A stretch of DNA of 64,000 nucleotides, taken from NCBI GenBank assembly GCA_002633005.1, contig NMRA01000174.1, forward strand, positions 394,030 to 458,029, given 5' to 3'. The stretch is from Phoronis australis (taxonomy: Eukaryota > Animalia > Phoronida). Below the pieces are notes generated by a model. The model was given only the letters and a program-made list of their open reading frames with translations. It did not search any database and was not told the origin of the DNA. This document shows, piece by piece, positions 50,631-64,000 of the stretch; the stretch's first letter is position 1, and every line of letters begins with the position of its first letter. The position numbers were made by a program, and so were the translations under genes.

Positions 50631-53166
50631 AGTAAAGGTAACTTTACAGTTTTAACAGGTACGAAATCTATCGATACCTCGTAGACACTACTATGAATCC
50701 ATATTTTTGACGTGTTATCGACTTGTACGACCACTACACACTCTTGTAGCTGTTATTGACGATATGTGTAAGACACAAGTCATCGTCGATAAAGTATTGA
50801 TCTCGGGGTGTTAGCTCAAATTGCTGTAACGCACGTTTATTGATATTTTCAAAACTATCTATGTTTATTTTTGACACACATTTGATAAGTCAATAAAAAC
50901 ACGCGAGGAATGCAATGAAGACGCACCCAATCATTTCGTCCATAAAACTAAAAGTAACCATTCTTGTATACCCCAAGGACTCTTTTGGGCAAATTCATTT
51001 TTCCGAATTGATTTTGAGTAAAAGTTATCTCCTGAGGACTTCTTATGAAACAAGGGTGAGGCTCTTTCGGAAACTTGCCTTAGTGACCGCAGCGCCCTCA
51101 TCGGTCAAAGGACTTGAAATACCAGCCACCACTCTAAAGGCAATTTGGCGACCAATTCGTTGACAAGATATCAATTTGAATTTTTATCGACCTTTTTAAG
51201 GATATAAAATTTAGAAATCACGATACATTTCCCACATATTTCGTATATGTCCCCTTTAACGTGACTGAATCCTTGTTTTTACCATTTGAGTGCTTACAAC
51301 CACTATTTACCTTGTTTTGACAAGTGACTGCATTTTCAACATCATTCATCCTTCCTTTATAGCACAACCGTGAATTCAATATCCCAAAAACGAGAAAATG
51401 GAAGAAAGGTGACTTTAACTAAAAGTTTCTTAGCTCCGCGGACATGAGGATGACGCATGAGCGTTCCCAACGCCAGTGTGTCATGACCACCACAACGCGT
51501 GTTTCTTGTTCAAACTTGTGCCATATCCGCAATTCTGCGCATCAGACGTCTCGCGCGACAGTGAAACGAATCACTACGTGGTCAAATACCAAGTTGTCAC
51601 AACGCCTCACCATTCTTTTTTATACCATAAACCACAGGAGAACCATCAGCAATAGGGACGATTTTTCACACTAACCACAGCAGAAGATGACTAATGCTGT
51701 GATTGGCTGTCCCAATTCTACGTAGTATGTATCGACCAATTAATGCTCGTAGCTTGACATCAGGTTATTAGTATATTGTCAGGTTAACTCGACACCTCTC
51801 GGCGAGGTAAGATCGACAGTATACGAGATGATGTGGACATAGACCAATTAAGACAGTAAAAAAGACTAATTAAATCGGGTGGCATTCTCCTTTGAGGGAA
51901 ATGTGCTACGTGTATGTCTTGCCATACCAAGGAGACGTGCTTTGCCTTGAGGGAGAAAAATCGACGAAGTAGCGAACAGTTGGCGGATCGTTTTCGGAAA
52001 GTTGAAACTAAAAAAGTGCTTTGATATAAACAGAAATTAAACATCTTTACGAACAAACCCTAAAAATACCTGCTGAGCAGGTTGAATTTTGTTTCAGTGG
52101 CAGAGAACCACTTTCAATATTGCAATTTAGTCTGTTTGTCGCTTTCCAGGCCTCTTTAAACGATCATAGTTCCGCTCTTATTCAACCCGCACTTTTGCTT
52201 AATCAGTGGGTAGTTTTACTCAATCAAAGCAGTTTGAAAGATACCTGATCCTAGCAAAGTTAACGGCGCCATCATTTACGCGATCACTTGATAAGAATCT
52301 GCAACATTCTTCATAAGTTGACTTGCACCCATTTAGAAAGCTTTCCGACGTTTCGAGATTTGACAATAAGGCGTGATTGGACTACATGAACTGACTAAAT
52401 GTACGCGTGATTAAGGAAAACTACGCGTTGACTAAGCACATTTCAACGCGCAGAAAGGTAAGTTTTTGCGCTCTATACCTATCTATTTTTAAGCGGACTT
52501 GTGAAATATCGATTTCCGCAGTGTTGTTTGAGACGGTCTCGCGACCTGGTGACTTGGACTTGAACTACAACATATTACCCATACTGCTTTGAGTGACCGG
52601 TGGGGCTGTGTTTGCGAATGATTTACGAACCGCCGCAATAAGGTATATTGAGACCAAGTCCATATATAAGGAGGGCACTGAAATTGTGTTAGAGCTGTTT
52701 CCTGACAACACAAAATAGTGGTTGGAGCGGTCACTGGAGTTCATATTTTACTTAAAGTTCATGAAAATTCATCACCATAATTATACATCTGGTTTGACAA
52801 AAATAAAACGTATCAATATAACTTGGCAATTGGTTAAATAAAATGATAAATGATTTCTTTTGAAACTCGAAAAACATGCTGGATCGACCGATAGGCAGAA
52901 TTTAAACACTTGTTGCATTTCATTTGACTCCAAATGTTTAGTCACTTTGTAAGTTCTGCCAATTTTAGTTGGACAACATTAAAGACATGGCTTCATGGTA
53001 TCACAGATGTCGACTATTGAATGATTTTGTTGACTGAATGATTGAATGATTTCGTAACAGGGTTGTGATAATTTTAAAGTTTAGTGTCACAACGATTAAA
53101 TTTATAGTATTATTTGTATTTTTAAAGTATTTATGATATTTTTAGTATTTATGGAGCAGCATCGAA

Positions 53167-53231
53167 ACACACACAAGAACACGCACACACACGCGCACAC
53201 GCACACACACACACGCAAACTCACACACACA
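53167..53231. repeat. Imperfect (CA)n/(CACG)n microsatellite; another at about 10838-10874
   Basis: Seen directly in the sequence. Confidence 0.85.
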
Positions 53232-53515
53232 ATATTAACAAGCTGGGTTTTTCATATCAGCAACTATTTTATTCGCTAATTAAATTTAGATAATTCACCA
53301 TCCAGCAATCAATAATTGATCTTACATTTCCACCTCAGATAACAATGACTCTATGATTATAGATCAATGAACAGTGCAGTTAGTTGCGTGACGGAATCCC
53401 GAGCAACCAGCCACGAGAACAATACGAATCGATCAAAAATCAATAAACGTTCTTTACCCAGTAGTGTTCACGAATAAACATGGTGGTCTGTGTTGGATAG
53501 CGGTCTCAGGCAAAG

Positions 53516-56500
53516 ATGGTGACCAATTTGGTAAGAAAATCATCAGTTGTTACCAAGTTAATAGTTCAAGAAATTTTAAAGGAGAACCTGGAACTTTGAG
53601 CAAAAGGGATGCGGGAGAGGCGGGTAAACTTAATGTTACAAACGTTAATATTGTGATCTTCTGTTTGTGTTAAATCATTCATAAAGTAATTGTAAAAGAA
53701 AGATGAAATGCCGTTACCTCAACTCTTGATAGAACGCAGACTCGTCGATTTAAACGCGTCTAATTTGCCATAATTTTGTCAAGATGTTAGTAGAAATATG
53801 CGTGCGTGTGTGTGTGGTGGACAAATGTTGAATATTCTTTGTCGAAGAGTGTTTCTGTAATTTTCAGTGCCTTGTGTACGTTGCGACAGTGCTGGTTACT
53901 CAGATCTCACAAGGTTTGTTTATTTTATTCCATAAATTGTAGTATTTGTATTATTCGACGAGAAAACACAAAAAGAATGATAACAATGATAGCAGTACGA
54001 GAATTTAATGCACTTTAGTTATTTTACGTTTTAACAATCTGTTTGATAATTTGCATCCACGTTGGTCAAAATTTGGCAGCGACAAATGATATTTGGAATA
54101 AAATGAAATGTTTGAAAATTAATTATGATAAATGTGCTCTCTGTCAACTAAAATCGCTCAGCAACAGTTATCTAATATAATCATTTTATAACTTTGTGTT
54201 CAATTAAGCTGTTGTGCCCAGTTAAAGCAAGCTCTGCGTTTCGAGCAAGAACGGGGGAAAGGGGGCATTTTTCCCTTCTTTCGAGCTTTGGGTTCAGTAA
54301 TCCAAGCACATACATGTTATACAATTCTTGTGTTAACACGCCCAGTGACCGCTGCCTGTGACAATGGCTGGAAGAAAAATGGCGATTATTGCTTCTATTT
54401 CTCGTCATCGGCCGCCTCTTGGGCAGCGGCAAACAACACATGTGTTACTACGCACGGTGCTCAACTTGCCAGCGTGAAAGATAACACGGAAAGAAACTTC
54501 CTTCAAAGGTAACTAATACGAAAATCACGACTTCTTGTTTTATTTACAATGTCAGTTTTTGGCGTTTAGAGGAATTACATAGACTACGAAAGTTTTTAAT
54601 TTGCATTAAATACAGGGTTCAACGTCAGTCTTAGGCGAAAAACTCAACATATACAGAGAAATGTAGACTGGGTGTTCTTATATTTTAAACTATCAGTCTG
54701 CTAACGTTAACTTCTCAATCGAATGTCTGCGTAAAATTTTAAGCGCAGCTTTTCAAAATCGAAGAGTTCTGTTTTGATGGAGCGTGTGATTCTTCCCACA
54801 GCGACGCACCATCCAATACATACTGGGTAGGTCTAAAGGAAACAGACACCGCGTGGACGGACGGTACAGCTGCGGAAGCACAGTATCAGAGCCCAGGGGC
54901 AGGCAACGGGCGAGCCCTACAGATCACCCAATCGACTAGTGTGGTTAACAAGCAGCCAGCATTATCTTCCAGTAACAATTACATCTGCAAAAAGGCGATG
55001 CGTAAGTTTTGTTTTTTACAGATTTCATGTCCAATAATTAACGGTGATCTCAGCTGGCGACCTCTGGTGGAAACTGCAGTGATAATAAAACAGATGAACT
55101 ATAGCAAATTAACCCTAAAGCACAATGTGGCACCTTTTAAAGTAAATTTCAATGATTTCAGGAGTTGCAACCCCTTAAGACAATACAAGACAATTTAGCC
55201 GTTTGTACCGTAGTCGTGTTTTTACTGTCAGCCGAAATGAATTCCAATTGTCAAAATGAAATCCCTAACTAAATACTTTAATGGTCACGTTCTCGCATTT
55301 CATTTTCAGCATGTAGCGTTGGTGAAGTGGATAATGCGACACCAAGTCAACAAGTGAACAGCTCTGTGGACGTGGATGCCTACGTCACCTATAACTGTAC
55401 TCCTGGCTTCGAGACTTCCGGTGGGCTAGCGGAGATCAACGTGACGTGTCTTTTGGGAGGAGGATGGTCAGCTACGTTCAACTGCACGCGTAAGTAGGAC
55501 AAGTACGCGTTGCCTTAATGATCATTATCACAGTCCTCCATTTGGCATTCACACCAGGCCCAATTAATTGTTGATTTGATGCGAAAATTTCGATTACGTG
55601 GCGAAAGTAGATGAGTTGTAGGGCCACAGATATGACAATCCTTTGGGAGTTTGTAAAATCTCCATTTGAGAGAGCTAATAAAAAGTGTGTGAAATGGGTG
55701 AACACCAACTAAGTGGCAGCTGACTCGAAAAAACAAATGGCCATTAGGTGGCGCAAAAATATATCGAATTCAGCTAGTTGTAGCAACTCGTGGCAGTTTC
55801 CACTGAGAGAAAAGTATTCTGCACGCGTCACCACCAATATAAAACTATTAAAGCCGCTATAAACCATGGCCTGGCGTCAAAAACAACTTTCGTCACAGGC
55901 TCACGTCTACTATCAAACACCGCGAGGTATTTTACCGCTCTGTTCGAACTGAAACTGGCTACGTAGCCTACAATAAAACGCCTAGATTTAGCCTAACGGT
56001 CAAATTGCTAGGCAACTTGACGAGACAGGTCTCAAGTGAGAAATAATGAACTTCGGCAAAGTCAGAAATTATTTATTTTGTCACCGACTTCATAACAGTA
56101 GGGCTAAGTGGTATAAACCAAAAGTTGTTTTCATCAAAAGGTGCGGGTTTATCCTACACCTTCAATTTCGCACCTGAAACCATGATTAGTGCAGCCCTTG
56201 AGACTTGGTGCTCAAACGGCTGATATAAAATCGTCACATCTAGCCTAGCTTCATTAGATTAAAATTAAAAGAGAAACATGTGAAATGTCAAATGCATTTG
56301 AAGAAAACCATCCATTTATATTCAGGTCCAATTTACAAACAGCAACCTCTTGTGCTCTCTTCTTTCAGTTGTGAAGTGCGCGGCGCCATTCAATGTGGCC
56401 CACTCTAAACCAGATTCTAGCGACACGAGATTGGGAGTGAACGTCACCCTCACGTGTAACGACAGATATCGTTACACGAACGACACGTATAACCAGACAG

Positions 56501-59500
56501 TCAGTTGTCAGAATGATGGCACGTGGACGACACCAACGTATTCTGCTTGTAATGGTGAGGCACGCAAATTGTATGCTTTCTCAATATTCTGCAAAGCAAA
56601 GACGGATTGTTTAAATGTTGTGACACGTTATAACGCATACCCATGGAACTAGGTAAATGCCCACGTACAAACAATGCAGAATCGAGAACCTCCGTCCGAC
56701 TTTGTATGTGACAGTTGTATATTTTCCGAAAAAATAGGGCCTACTACAGCTGCAACTGAAGAAATTGATGTTGCAATAGAACTATGCTTGGATTTGAAAA
56801 AAGTTGTGCATCCATCTGGATATGCTTTTTATTATAGCGAGAACGAGTCAAAATATAACTTTACACCATCATGCTTCTTTTCCCAATAGTTTACAAATGT
56901 CCGCCATTACCAACTGTGGCCCATGGTACGCCAGATAGTAACGATACTGCGTTAGCATCGAACGTGACCATAACATGTGATTCGGGTTATTGGTACGCTC
57001 GTCCTGGAGTGACGACCCAGACAACTGCGTGTGACAACAATGGCGACTGGACGCCATTAGCCTATCCAGCGTGCATTGGCAAGTAGTTTTGGATGCAATG
57101 TTCCACATTTCAGAGGTTATTCAAACAACTGGTTTGCAAACTGCTTAAGTTTTGCTGTGTTGTATTGGTAAAATTTTCAGTCAAATTTCGTCCTCTAACA
57201 GTTCTAAAACTGAAAGATTTTGAAATCCAACAACACCTTAAAATTATCTCAAAACCAAAAACCTTGTTAACATTTTGCCGGAGTTTCCGTAAGTGGGAAT
57301 TTTACAAATTGAAAAGTAAACGGTTATCTTAATTAGATTTTGAGGACTTTAATTCGAAAAAAGTTCACGGGCTGTTCATCCATTCTAGGCAACAAAAAGG
57401 AAAGAACCAGTGGTTAAACGTCAAAGAAAAACGTCAAACAATACAAAATCACCGTTACTGAATGTAAAATTCCTACGTGCCATTAAGATAGTTTTCTAGT
57501 ACTATGGTGAACGACGGTTAGCAGCAGTAAAGGTAGACCAAAATCAACATCATTAACTATAGAGTTCGAATGCTGTGTGCGCAAGCAGCAACTATAAGCT
57601 GGGTGCGTGAAAGGGACTGAATATGTTGCGAACGTGTCGAGGACCCACCAGGGTCAGTCCTCAGTAACCATTGAAGGGCCTTAAACCTTGGCTGCGTTCC
57701 GTCGACGCAAGAGACTCGTGAAAACGCAGACAACGCAAGTCTTCGCGAGACATCACCATGCATCCGAACAATGGGCGGCGCAGCACTAAAGTATATGTGG
57801 GGGGTTATAGCCACCCCAGCCCCCTATGGTGCGCCTCCCATGAGAACGTAATCACTCTAGCTTTTCTCACTATTGTCTTGTGTCTACGGAACTGGGACCT
57901 CGTTTGACTTGAGGAAGACTACATTCACTTCTGCCCTCGTGACGCAATCCTAAGTAAAAATAAAAATAACACAAATAATTATTTCCTTTCTATACAGTGC
58001 CTCGCTGCCCAGCTGTCAGTACAATAGTGAAAGGAAGCTCCAACTCCACAGACGATATTCTCGGATCTGTAATCAAATACTCCTGCGATACTGGACATAA
58101 GTTCCCAGACAATACTGAAGAAAAAGTGGTAACGTGCAAACAGAATGGATTTTGGGACATAACTATTCAAAACTGTCAACGTACGTACTTACTATGCAAT
58201 TATTCAGTTCCATATTCAGTTTTAATTAAAATTAAAGAGCGAAAGCATTGTTAAGCACGAACGACATACAGACTACGGTAAATCATGTTTCTTGTCAATT
58301 TCTTTATATTTGGTATGATTACTATTAACAATCCATCCTTTCTGGGTGGTTTCTTCAAATAAATGAACATTGCTTCCCAGATCGAGGACCCAAGTGTTTC
58401 CAGATTTTTATGCTGTTAGGTGTCTTTTGAATTTTGAAATTACTTTGAAATTGACATTTAATGATGACAACAATTCGAAAAAAATTGCTGCAAGTACTAG
58501 AGACGTCCCTATTAAAATCAGTTCATAACTCAAGCAAATTCTTTTCAGCTGTGCAATGTCCACTACCCCCAACGGTATATAATGCTACCAAGAATTCCAC
58601 GCAACGCACGTACCAATCAGTGGTAGAATACACATGCACACTGGGTTACGCATTTCCAGGTGGCGGGAATATCAAGCAGATCACGTGCTCTAGCAATGCA
58701 CAATGGGATCAAACTCTTGCACCGTCTTGTGAAGGTAAGCTAGAAACGTTACAATACACAAGACAGGTGGACTTTCTGCTCTGCAAAACTTGAGTTCGAA
58801 TGTGTTTTGTTCCACACAAAGAGTCAAACAACCAAAGTTTTGAACAAGAAAAATTAATGTTTACTTACATGGAAACGTGTGGAAGATACGAAAACTTCCA
58901 TACAAATCATCGAAACGTAATGTAACTAATTCAATATCATTTTTTCAATTTCAGTAATTGACTGTAATCCAATACAGACTGGGCTATTTATGTCATATAC
59001 TGGTAATGACACAAGCATGGGCGGTGAGATAGTTTACACGTGCGACCCCGGTTACGAATTCCCTTCCCGTGTAAATGCTACCAACATAACGTGCACTGTA
59101 GCAGGAGTGTGGTCACAAACTCTATTCGACTGTGAACGTGAGTACATGAATTGCCAGATAGTCTATAGCTTAGAGTCCAAATGTACCTGCTTGTAACTCC
59201 ATCATGTCTCCACTCCATTTTAGTCACATTTCTTACGGCGCATCAAATGACGAGACCGAACTTACTTCAGCAACGATTTGGCATTTTCCAAGCCTTGTTG
59301 ACTTCTGAATTAGCATTTGTCAGTTTCTGTGTTATTTTCATATCTTTGCTTTTCAGTTCCAAGCTGCTATCCAATAGCCGTCGCGTACACATCGCCCAAT
59401 TCGAACAACCGCGTGGTTGGTAGCGTTGTTACAATGGTTTGTGATACCGGATATGATTGGCCAGCTAATACGACTGCACCAGTTGTCGAATGTCTGCCCT

Positions 59501-62500
59501 CTCAGAGCTGGAACGTAACACCTCCAGCTTGTGAACGTAAGGAAATGTGTTGCTACTGACGTGCAAATATTTTATGAAATAATTTCAACAAAATTTTCAT
59601 ACAATAAACCCTTAAAGGCAAAGCATTATCTGCGTGGAACACAATTTATCTATTTTGCACCATTGCACAATAATTTTCCGTGCCTGCATGGTGGCAAGCT
59701 GGACTGCGTTCCGCCTAAAGACAAGGATGTCGCGAAAACGATCACACAAGTTTTCGCAAGATATTGCCATGTATTATAAGCAAAGTACGTGATCACACTA
59801 GGTTTTCTCGAGAATGTCTTGAGTCAACGGAAGTCAGCCCCGTTAGCGACATGTCTAATTTTTGCATGTCGTCATGACAGTCGCAAACTTATCATGCATT
59901 AATTTGTTATAAAAATGTCTTTATCTTTTTCTTGAACTGAAAGACAACAAAAACAATATGTGTTGTTGTGATTAATTAATAATTCACGTTTTGTGTTGAA
60001 TGTGTTGTTGTTATTTATAACAATTGCTTTTCAGCTATGGATTGTGTGACTCCACCAACAGTAACAGGTGCCACCTATTCGGGAAACACATTCGTGACGT
60101 CAGTATTGACGTATGTATGTTCTGCTGGTTACCATTGGCCAGACGGTGACACGCAGAAACTAACAGAGTGCATGCCATCCCTACAATGGAATAATACTCC
60201 ACCAGCATGCGAAAGTAAGTAAAAAAGACATAACATTCGATTACAGTGTAACAATAAAAAGTTCTCTAACTGTTGACACTACAGAAAGATGGGTGTACCG
60301 GAGATGCCCGACCTGTTTTTAAGGTAACTCAATTTTTCCAAAATTAATCACCTTTCCGAATTAGCACTAGCATACCCAAGGAATTTGGTGAGTTTCCGAA
60401 AGAGCGCCACAATGATCCTTGCCTTGTGCGCTCTTTCGAAAATCTCCTCCAGGCCTTCTCTGAGTTTTTACTAGAAGACAGTTTTTCAATAAAACGTAGC
60501 CTTAAAACTTTATAGGTTTCCTCTAGCTCAATATATTTGTGTGAGGAAATGGACTCGCCTTTCTCATCTGTCCCCTTTTTCACCATTTCGATCGTTCTTC
60601 AATTTTCCTTTTGACGTCATTTCGTCATACCACATGACGTCACTTTCTGGCCCTTTTATTGGCGTTCGTGTCATAGGTCATGGGGTGACATCACCATTCG
60701 GCATTTCAATATTGGCTGTTTTTGTTTCTTGTCGTAACATTCTTTATTTCAGTTTCACTCGCTGTTACAACTGGTACACATGTATGCTTCTGCTTACTTA
60801 ACCTACCCTTCCCCATCAACATTTCATTATTTCCTTTATTTTTATCCTTCATGTTCCGTTGTATTTAGCTTTGTTTATTTTATTCATTTGGTGTAGATTT
60901 TTCTATGCTGACTGTATTTTTGCAATATTTCCATGCGTAATAATAAATGACCGTTTTCGCCAACCCACGTCTCCCTTTTGTCTCTTTTAACGGACCTTTG
61001 GTGACGCATGTTCATTACGAGACACATGCCTAACATAAAAAAGATTTCACAGTAACTTGACAAAGTCTGTCTAAATTAACAAAGAAGCAGTTTTGTAGTG
61101 TAAGCCACTTTGTTTGGGCTTGAACACAATTAAGGAACTTTTCACCTTGAAGCGGCTACAAACCCGAGTTCCGTTTAGTAAACCAACTTTTGATTTAAAC
61201 CACCTACCGTAATAAAAGTGGTCTCAACTTACTCCGTCTTCAGAGGTGAGTGATTTGTAGGTTCGCAAAGAATTGACGATTCCTTATTCTTTGAGGCCAT
61301 AATCAGCGCATAAAATGCCACTCCGTGACAAGAACCTGGTCACAAGTAATAACGAACTATCAGAATTTTCAAAGCCCTGAAATCACCTCTAACTTGACTA
61401 AAGAAAAACTTGAAACCAAATTCATAAGAGCAATTAGTGGTCTAAATCAAAAGTTATTTTGTGATGGGAGGCGGGTTCATAGACACTTTAATTCATGGGC
61501 GGCGCACCATAGGGGGATGGGGGGCTATAGCCCCCCACTTTTTCAGTGCTACGCCGCACATAGTCTATAGGTGGTGCCCTACAGGGGGGCTGAGGGGCTT
61601 TAGTCCTCCCACTTTTTTCAGAGCTGCGCCGCCCATGTAATTAACGGTTCGTCTCATTGAAATTCACCACGAACAGACCAGTATCAAGGGCTATGACCAA
61701 TGTTTTCAGAATTAAAGTGCGACGTACTGCCGCTGGTGCAAATGGCTGCCAAGGACACCATAGACAGAACCTTCGAAACAACAGTGACACTGACATGCTT
61801 TGCGGGATTTGTATTTCCCGACGGTGACACAGCAAAAACTGCCACTTGCAACGCTTCACTGGTCTGGGATACTGCGTTGCCAAACGCATGTATACGAAAA
61901 AATTGTTTTGTACCACAGCCCAACAAGAACGGATTTATGCTGGGTAGGTAGGAAGGGTTACGGGCATACTAACACTTCATGACTATAGTGGTTACTGTTG
62001 ATGAACATATTTATCTGAATGTCTTTTGTGGGTAATTTTGATGACAATCTGAAATAAAACAAAAGATGACAGCGACGAACTACATAAGCTACTGCTTGTC
62101 GGGTCTATACCTAGTGGGAGATGAATCGTCAGTCGCGAATTTGGAAATTAAACACTCTACCAACTCTTCTATCTATATTATAATAGGATTTTATCCAACA
62201 AACTCCATCTGGGCGAGGATGTACAGGTGGAAATCGTTGCTAACTACGCTTTTTAGCCACCCCCGAGTATCCAAACATACCATACACGGTGGGCCTTACA
62301 ACTGGCTTGACTAAAATCAATTTGCTTGACAACTTTCGCTTTTGCTTCCAATATTCTGTGTGTGGTTTAGGTACATTTTCGCGTGTGAGCAATTGCTATG
62401 ATAATTTGTGACTTTCGCAAAACAGGCACCGGGGCGAACAACTATCAGTCAGTATTAGAGTACAAATGTAAAGACGGCTACCTGTTACCCAATGGAAAAG

Positions 62501-62566
62501 ACGTCGCCTACAGTCTATGCTTGTCGTCGAAAGACTGGTCACAAACTCTTGTGCCAGATTGTCAAG
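53516..62566 (+). CDS. Selectin-like protein B: signal peptide, degenerate C-type lectin domain, at least 10 CCP/sushi domains; 3' end beyond the window
   Basis: Exons 53516-53530 (MVTNL), 53868-53913 (CLVYVATVLVTQISQ), 54346-54508 and 54802-55001 (CTLD), CCP exons 55310-55489, 56369-56554, 56890-57078 (GC donor), 57998-58180, 58549-58734, 58955-59137, 59357-59536, 60035-60214, 61710-61943, 62426-62566; phase-consistent; C..P...Y.C..G....C...G.W....C pattern. Confidence 0.88.
57770..57842. mobile_element. Mini-MITE of about 73 bp, copy 2 (opposite orientation)
   Basis: ATGGGCGGCGCAGCAC...CCCCTATGGTGCGCCTCCCATG; flanks CGAAC and AGAAC. Confidence 0.7.
61494..61637. mobile_element. Mini-MITE, dimeric copy (144 bp)
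   Basis: TIRs CATGGGCGGCGCA and TGCGCCGCCCATG, a perfect TAATT TSD, and two tandem internal units. Confidence 0.8.
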
Positions 62567-64000
62567 GTTTGTGAACTACATTCATGTCCTCCCATATGCA
62601 AGTCCTAGATCCTATTTAAAGGGGGTAATAAACCTGAACGTCTGCTGACAAAGGCAATATTTGATATAGGCAACTTAACGTTTTAAACTCCCATCTCAAC
62701 GTGCTCTTTACTCAGAAGTGATTTCTCGGTTTGAGAAGAATTAACATTTCGTAATGTGATTGTGAAGTTTGCTTATCACGATGGGTTAGTTTCAGCCGCC
62801 TTAGCAGTATGTTTTTCAGGAGAATTCCAGGCGTTTCACTGTAATTGGTTTCACTTCAAGCAAAAGACAAGTACAAAATGTTTCAAGTGCAAACACAAGC
62901 GTGCGAGCAAAGCAGTTTTAACACCACAATAGGGCTCAGTGGCTCAATTATGCTTTGAAACGGGCATGGACTCAGAACTGGATGACTCAAAATCTGAGCC
63001 ATGTTATTAATTTCTACTTAAACATCTTTACGACTTTGGTTGCAAATGTGAAACCACCACAGCGCGGTATCTGCTTCCCTGGTGTCGTCATCAATAAATA
63101 TTTTTTCTCTTATTCATAATCATAATATATGACCTTTTATCGCCTACGTGCTTCTTGTTGTAATATCTGGAAACGTGACTTCGTGGAGCCACCTGGGGTT
63201 CCTGATTTTCCATCACACGTGAGTCAGTCGGACGTAAGTTACAATACATTATATTTCAATGGTTTGCCACGTCGTGAACACATCCACTAGCACAAGAAAC
63301 TACACCGCATTTATCCACCTTCACTCTTATCAGGCTTCTATTTAGAGTCAGCATGCGTGAATAATTGGCTGATAAGCCACCTCTGGAACTACTTTTGGCT
63401 GAATGGATGACCAGGCCATAAAATGATAATTAGCCAAGACCAGTTACTAATGAAACAAAGAATAATGTCGTACCATCACCTAGCCTTGGTGGAAAGCTGT
63501 ATACTGTATTGGCTCTAATAAACGCTTAGAAAAATTCATTTCACGGGGAGGGGATTCTTATTGTAGCCTACGGCAATTGAAACCCGGTTTCCCAAACGGG
63601 TAAAATCGGAAGCTAGGATTCATCAAATTTACGCTCTGTGACGTATTTTTAGCCTATGACAGTCTTTCTACAAAATTGTGGTGCATTGCTATGAACATCC
63701 GTTGTTAAATTACGATAATTTTTCAAAAAAATTGTGCTCATCACAGGGCGAAAACTTGCTGACTGATGCGTCGCTGAATCGCCATCGTCAATAGGAAAAC
63801 TTGAACTCTTGAATAAAAATATAGTTTCGACTCAACAAATTACCTGAAATCTTCCTTATGTTTTACAATTTTTAAAGTTCATGTGGAGTCCAGATTAATT
63901 GGAATTAAGTCCAACTCTGCGCTACCTCGTACCCCACAACAAGAGAAAAATCTCTGGATGAACACACATGTTGTTGTTACGTGACGTTTGTTTTGAAGTT

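Noticed and set aside
63130-63240. Possible further exon of paralog B ending at GTAAGT near 63234
   Set aside because: No convincing acceptor and no CCP or TM pattern in any frame.

Overview
Intron-rich, AT-rich animal (invertebrate-type) genomic DNA with one 8-N scaffold gap. Five genes were reconstructed by hand from splice sites and reading-frame phase: (1) the first coding exon of a SMAD2/3 gene (-), which runs off the left edge; (2) a complete EFCAB2/DRC8 gene (-), whose exon 2 region is present twice around the gap; (3) a complete hnRNP U / HNRNPUL1-family gene (+), head-to-head with EFCAB2, with SAP, acidic, RS, SPRY, P-loop PNK-like, RGG and QGSY regions; (4, 5) a divergent pair of paralogous selectin-like genes (signal peptide, C-type lectin domain, tandem CCP/sushi domains), one complete with a TM helix and long tail, the other running off the right edge. 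MITEs, SINE and LINE remnants and a Myb/SANT transposon remnant fill the introns and intergenic space. Top finding: the Walker-A exon of the hnRNP U-like gene is tandemly duplicated and looks sterically mutually exclusive. One copy has the Asn typical of the catalytically dead family; the other has Asp at the position matching the catalytic Asp of polynucleotide kinases. This suggests a splicing switch between a dead and an active kinase isoform. All models are manual and untested by RNA-seq or database search.
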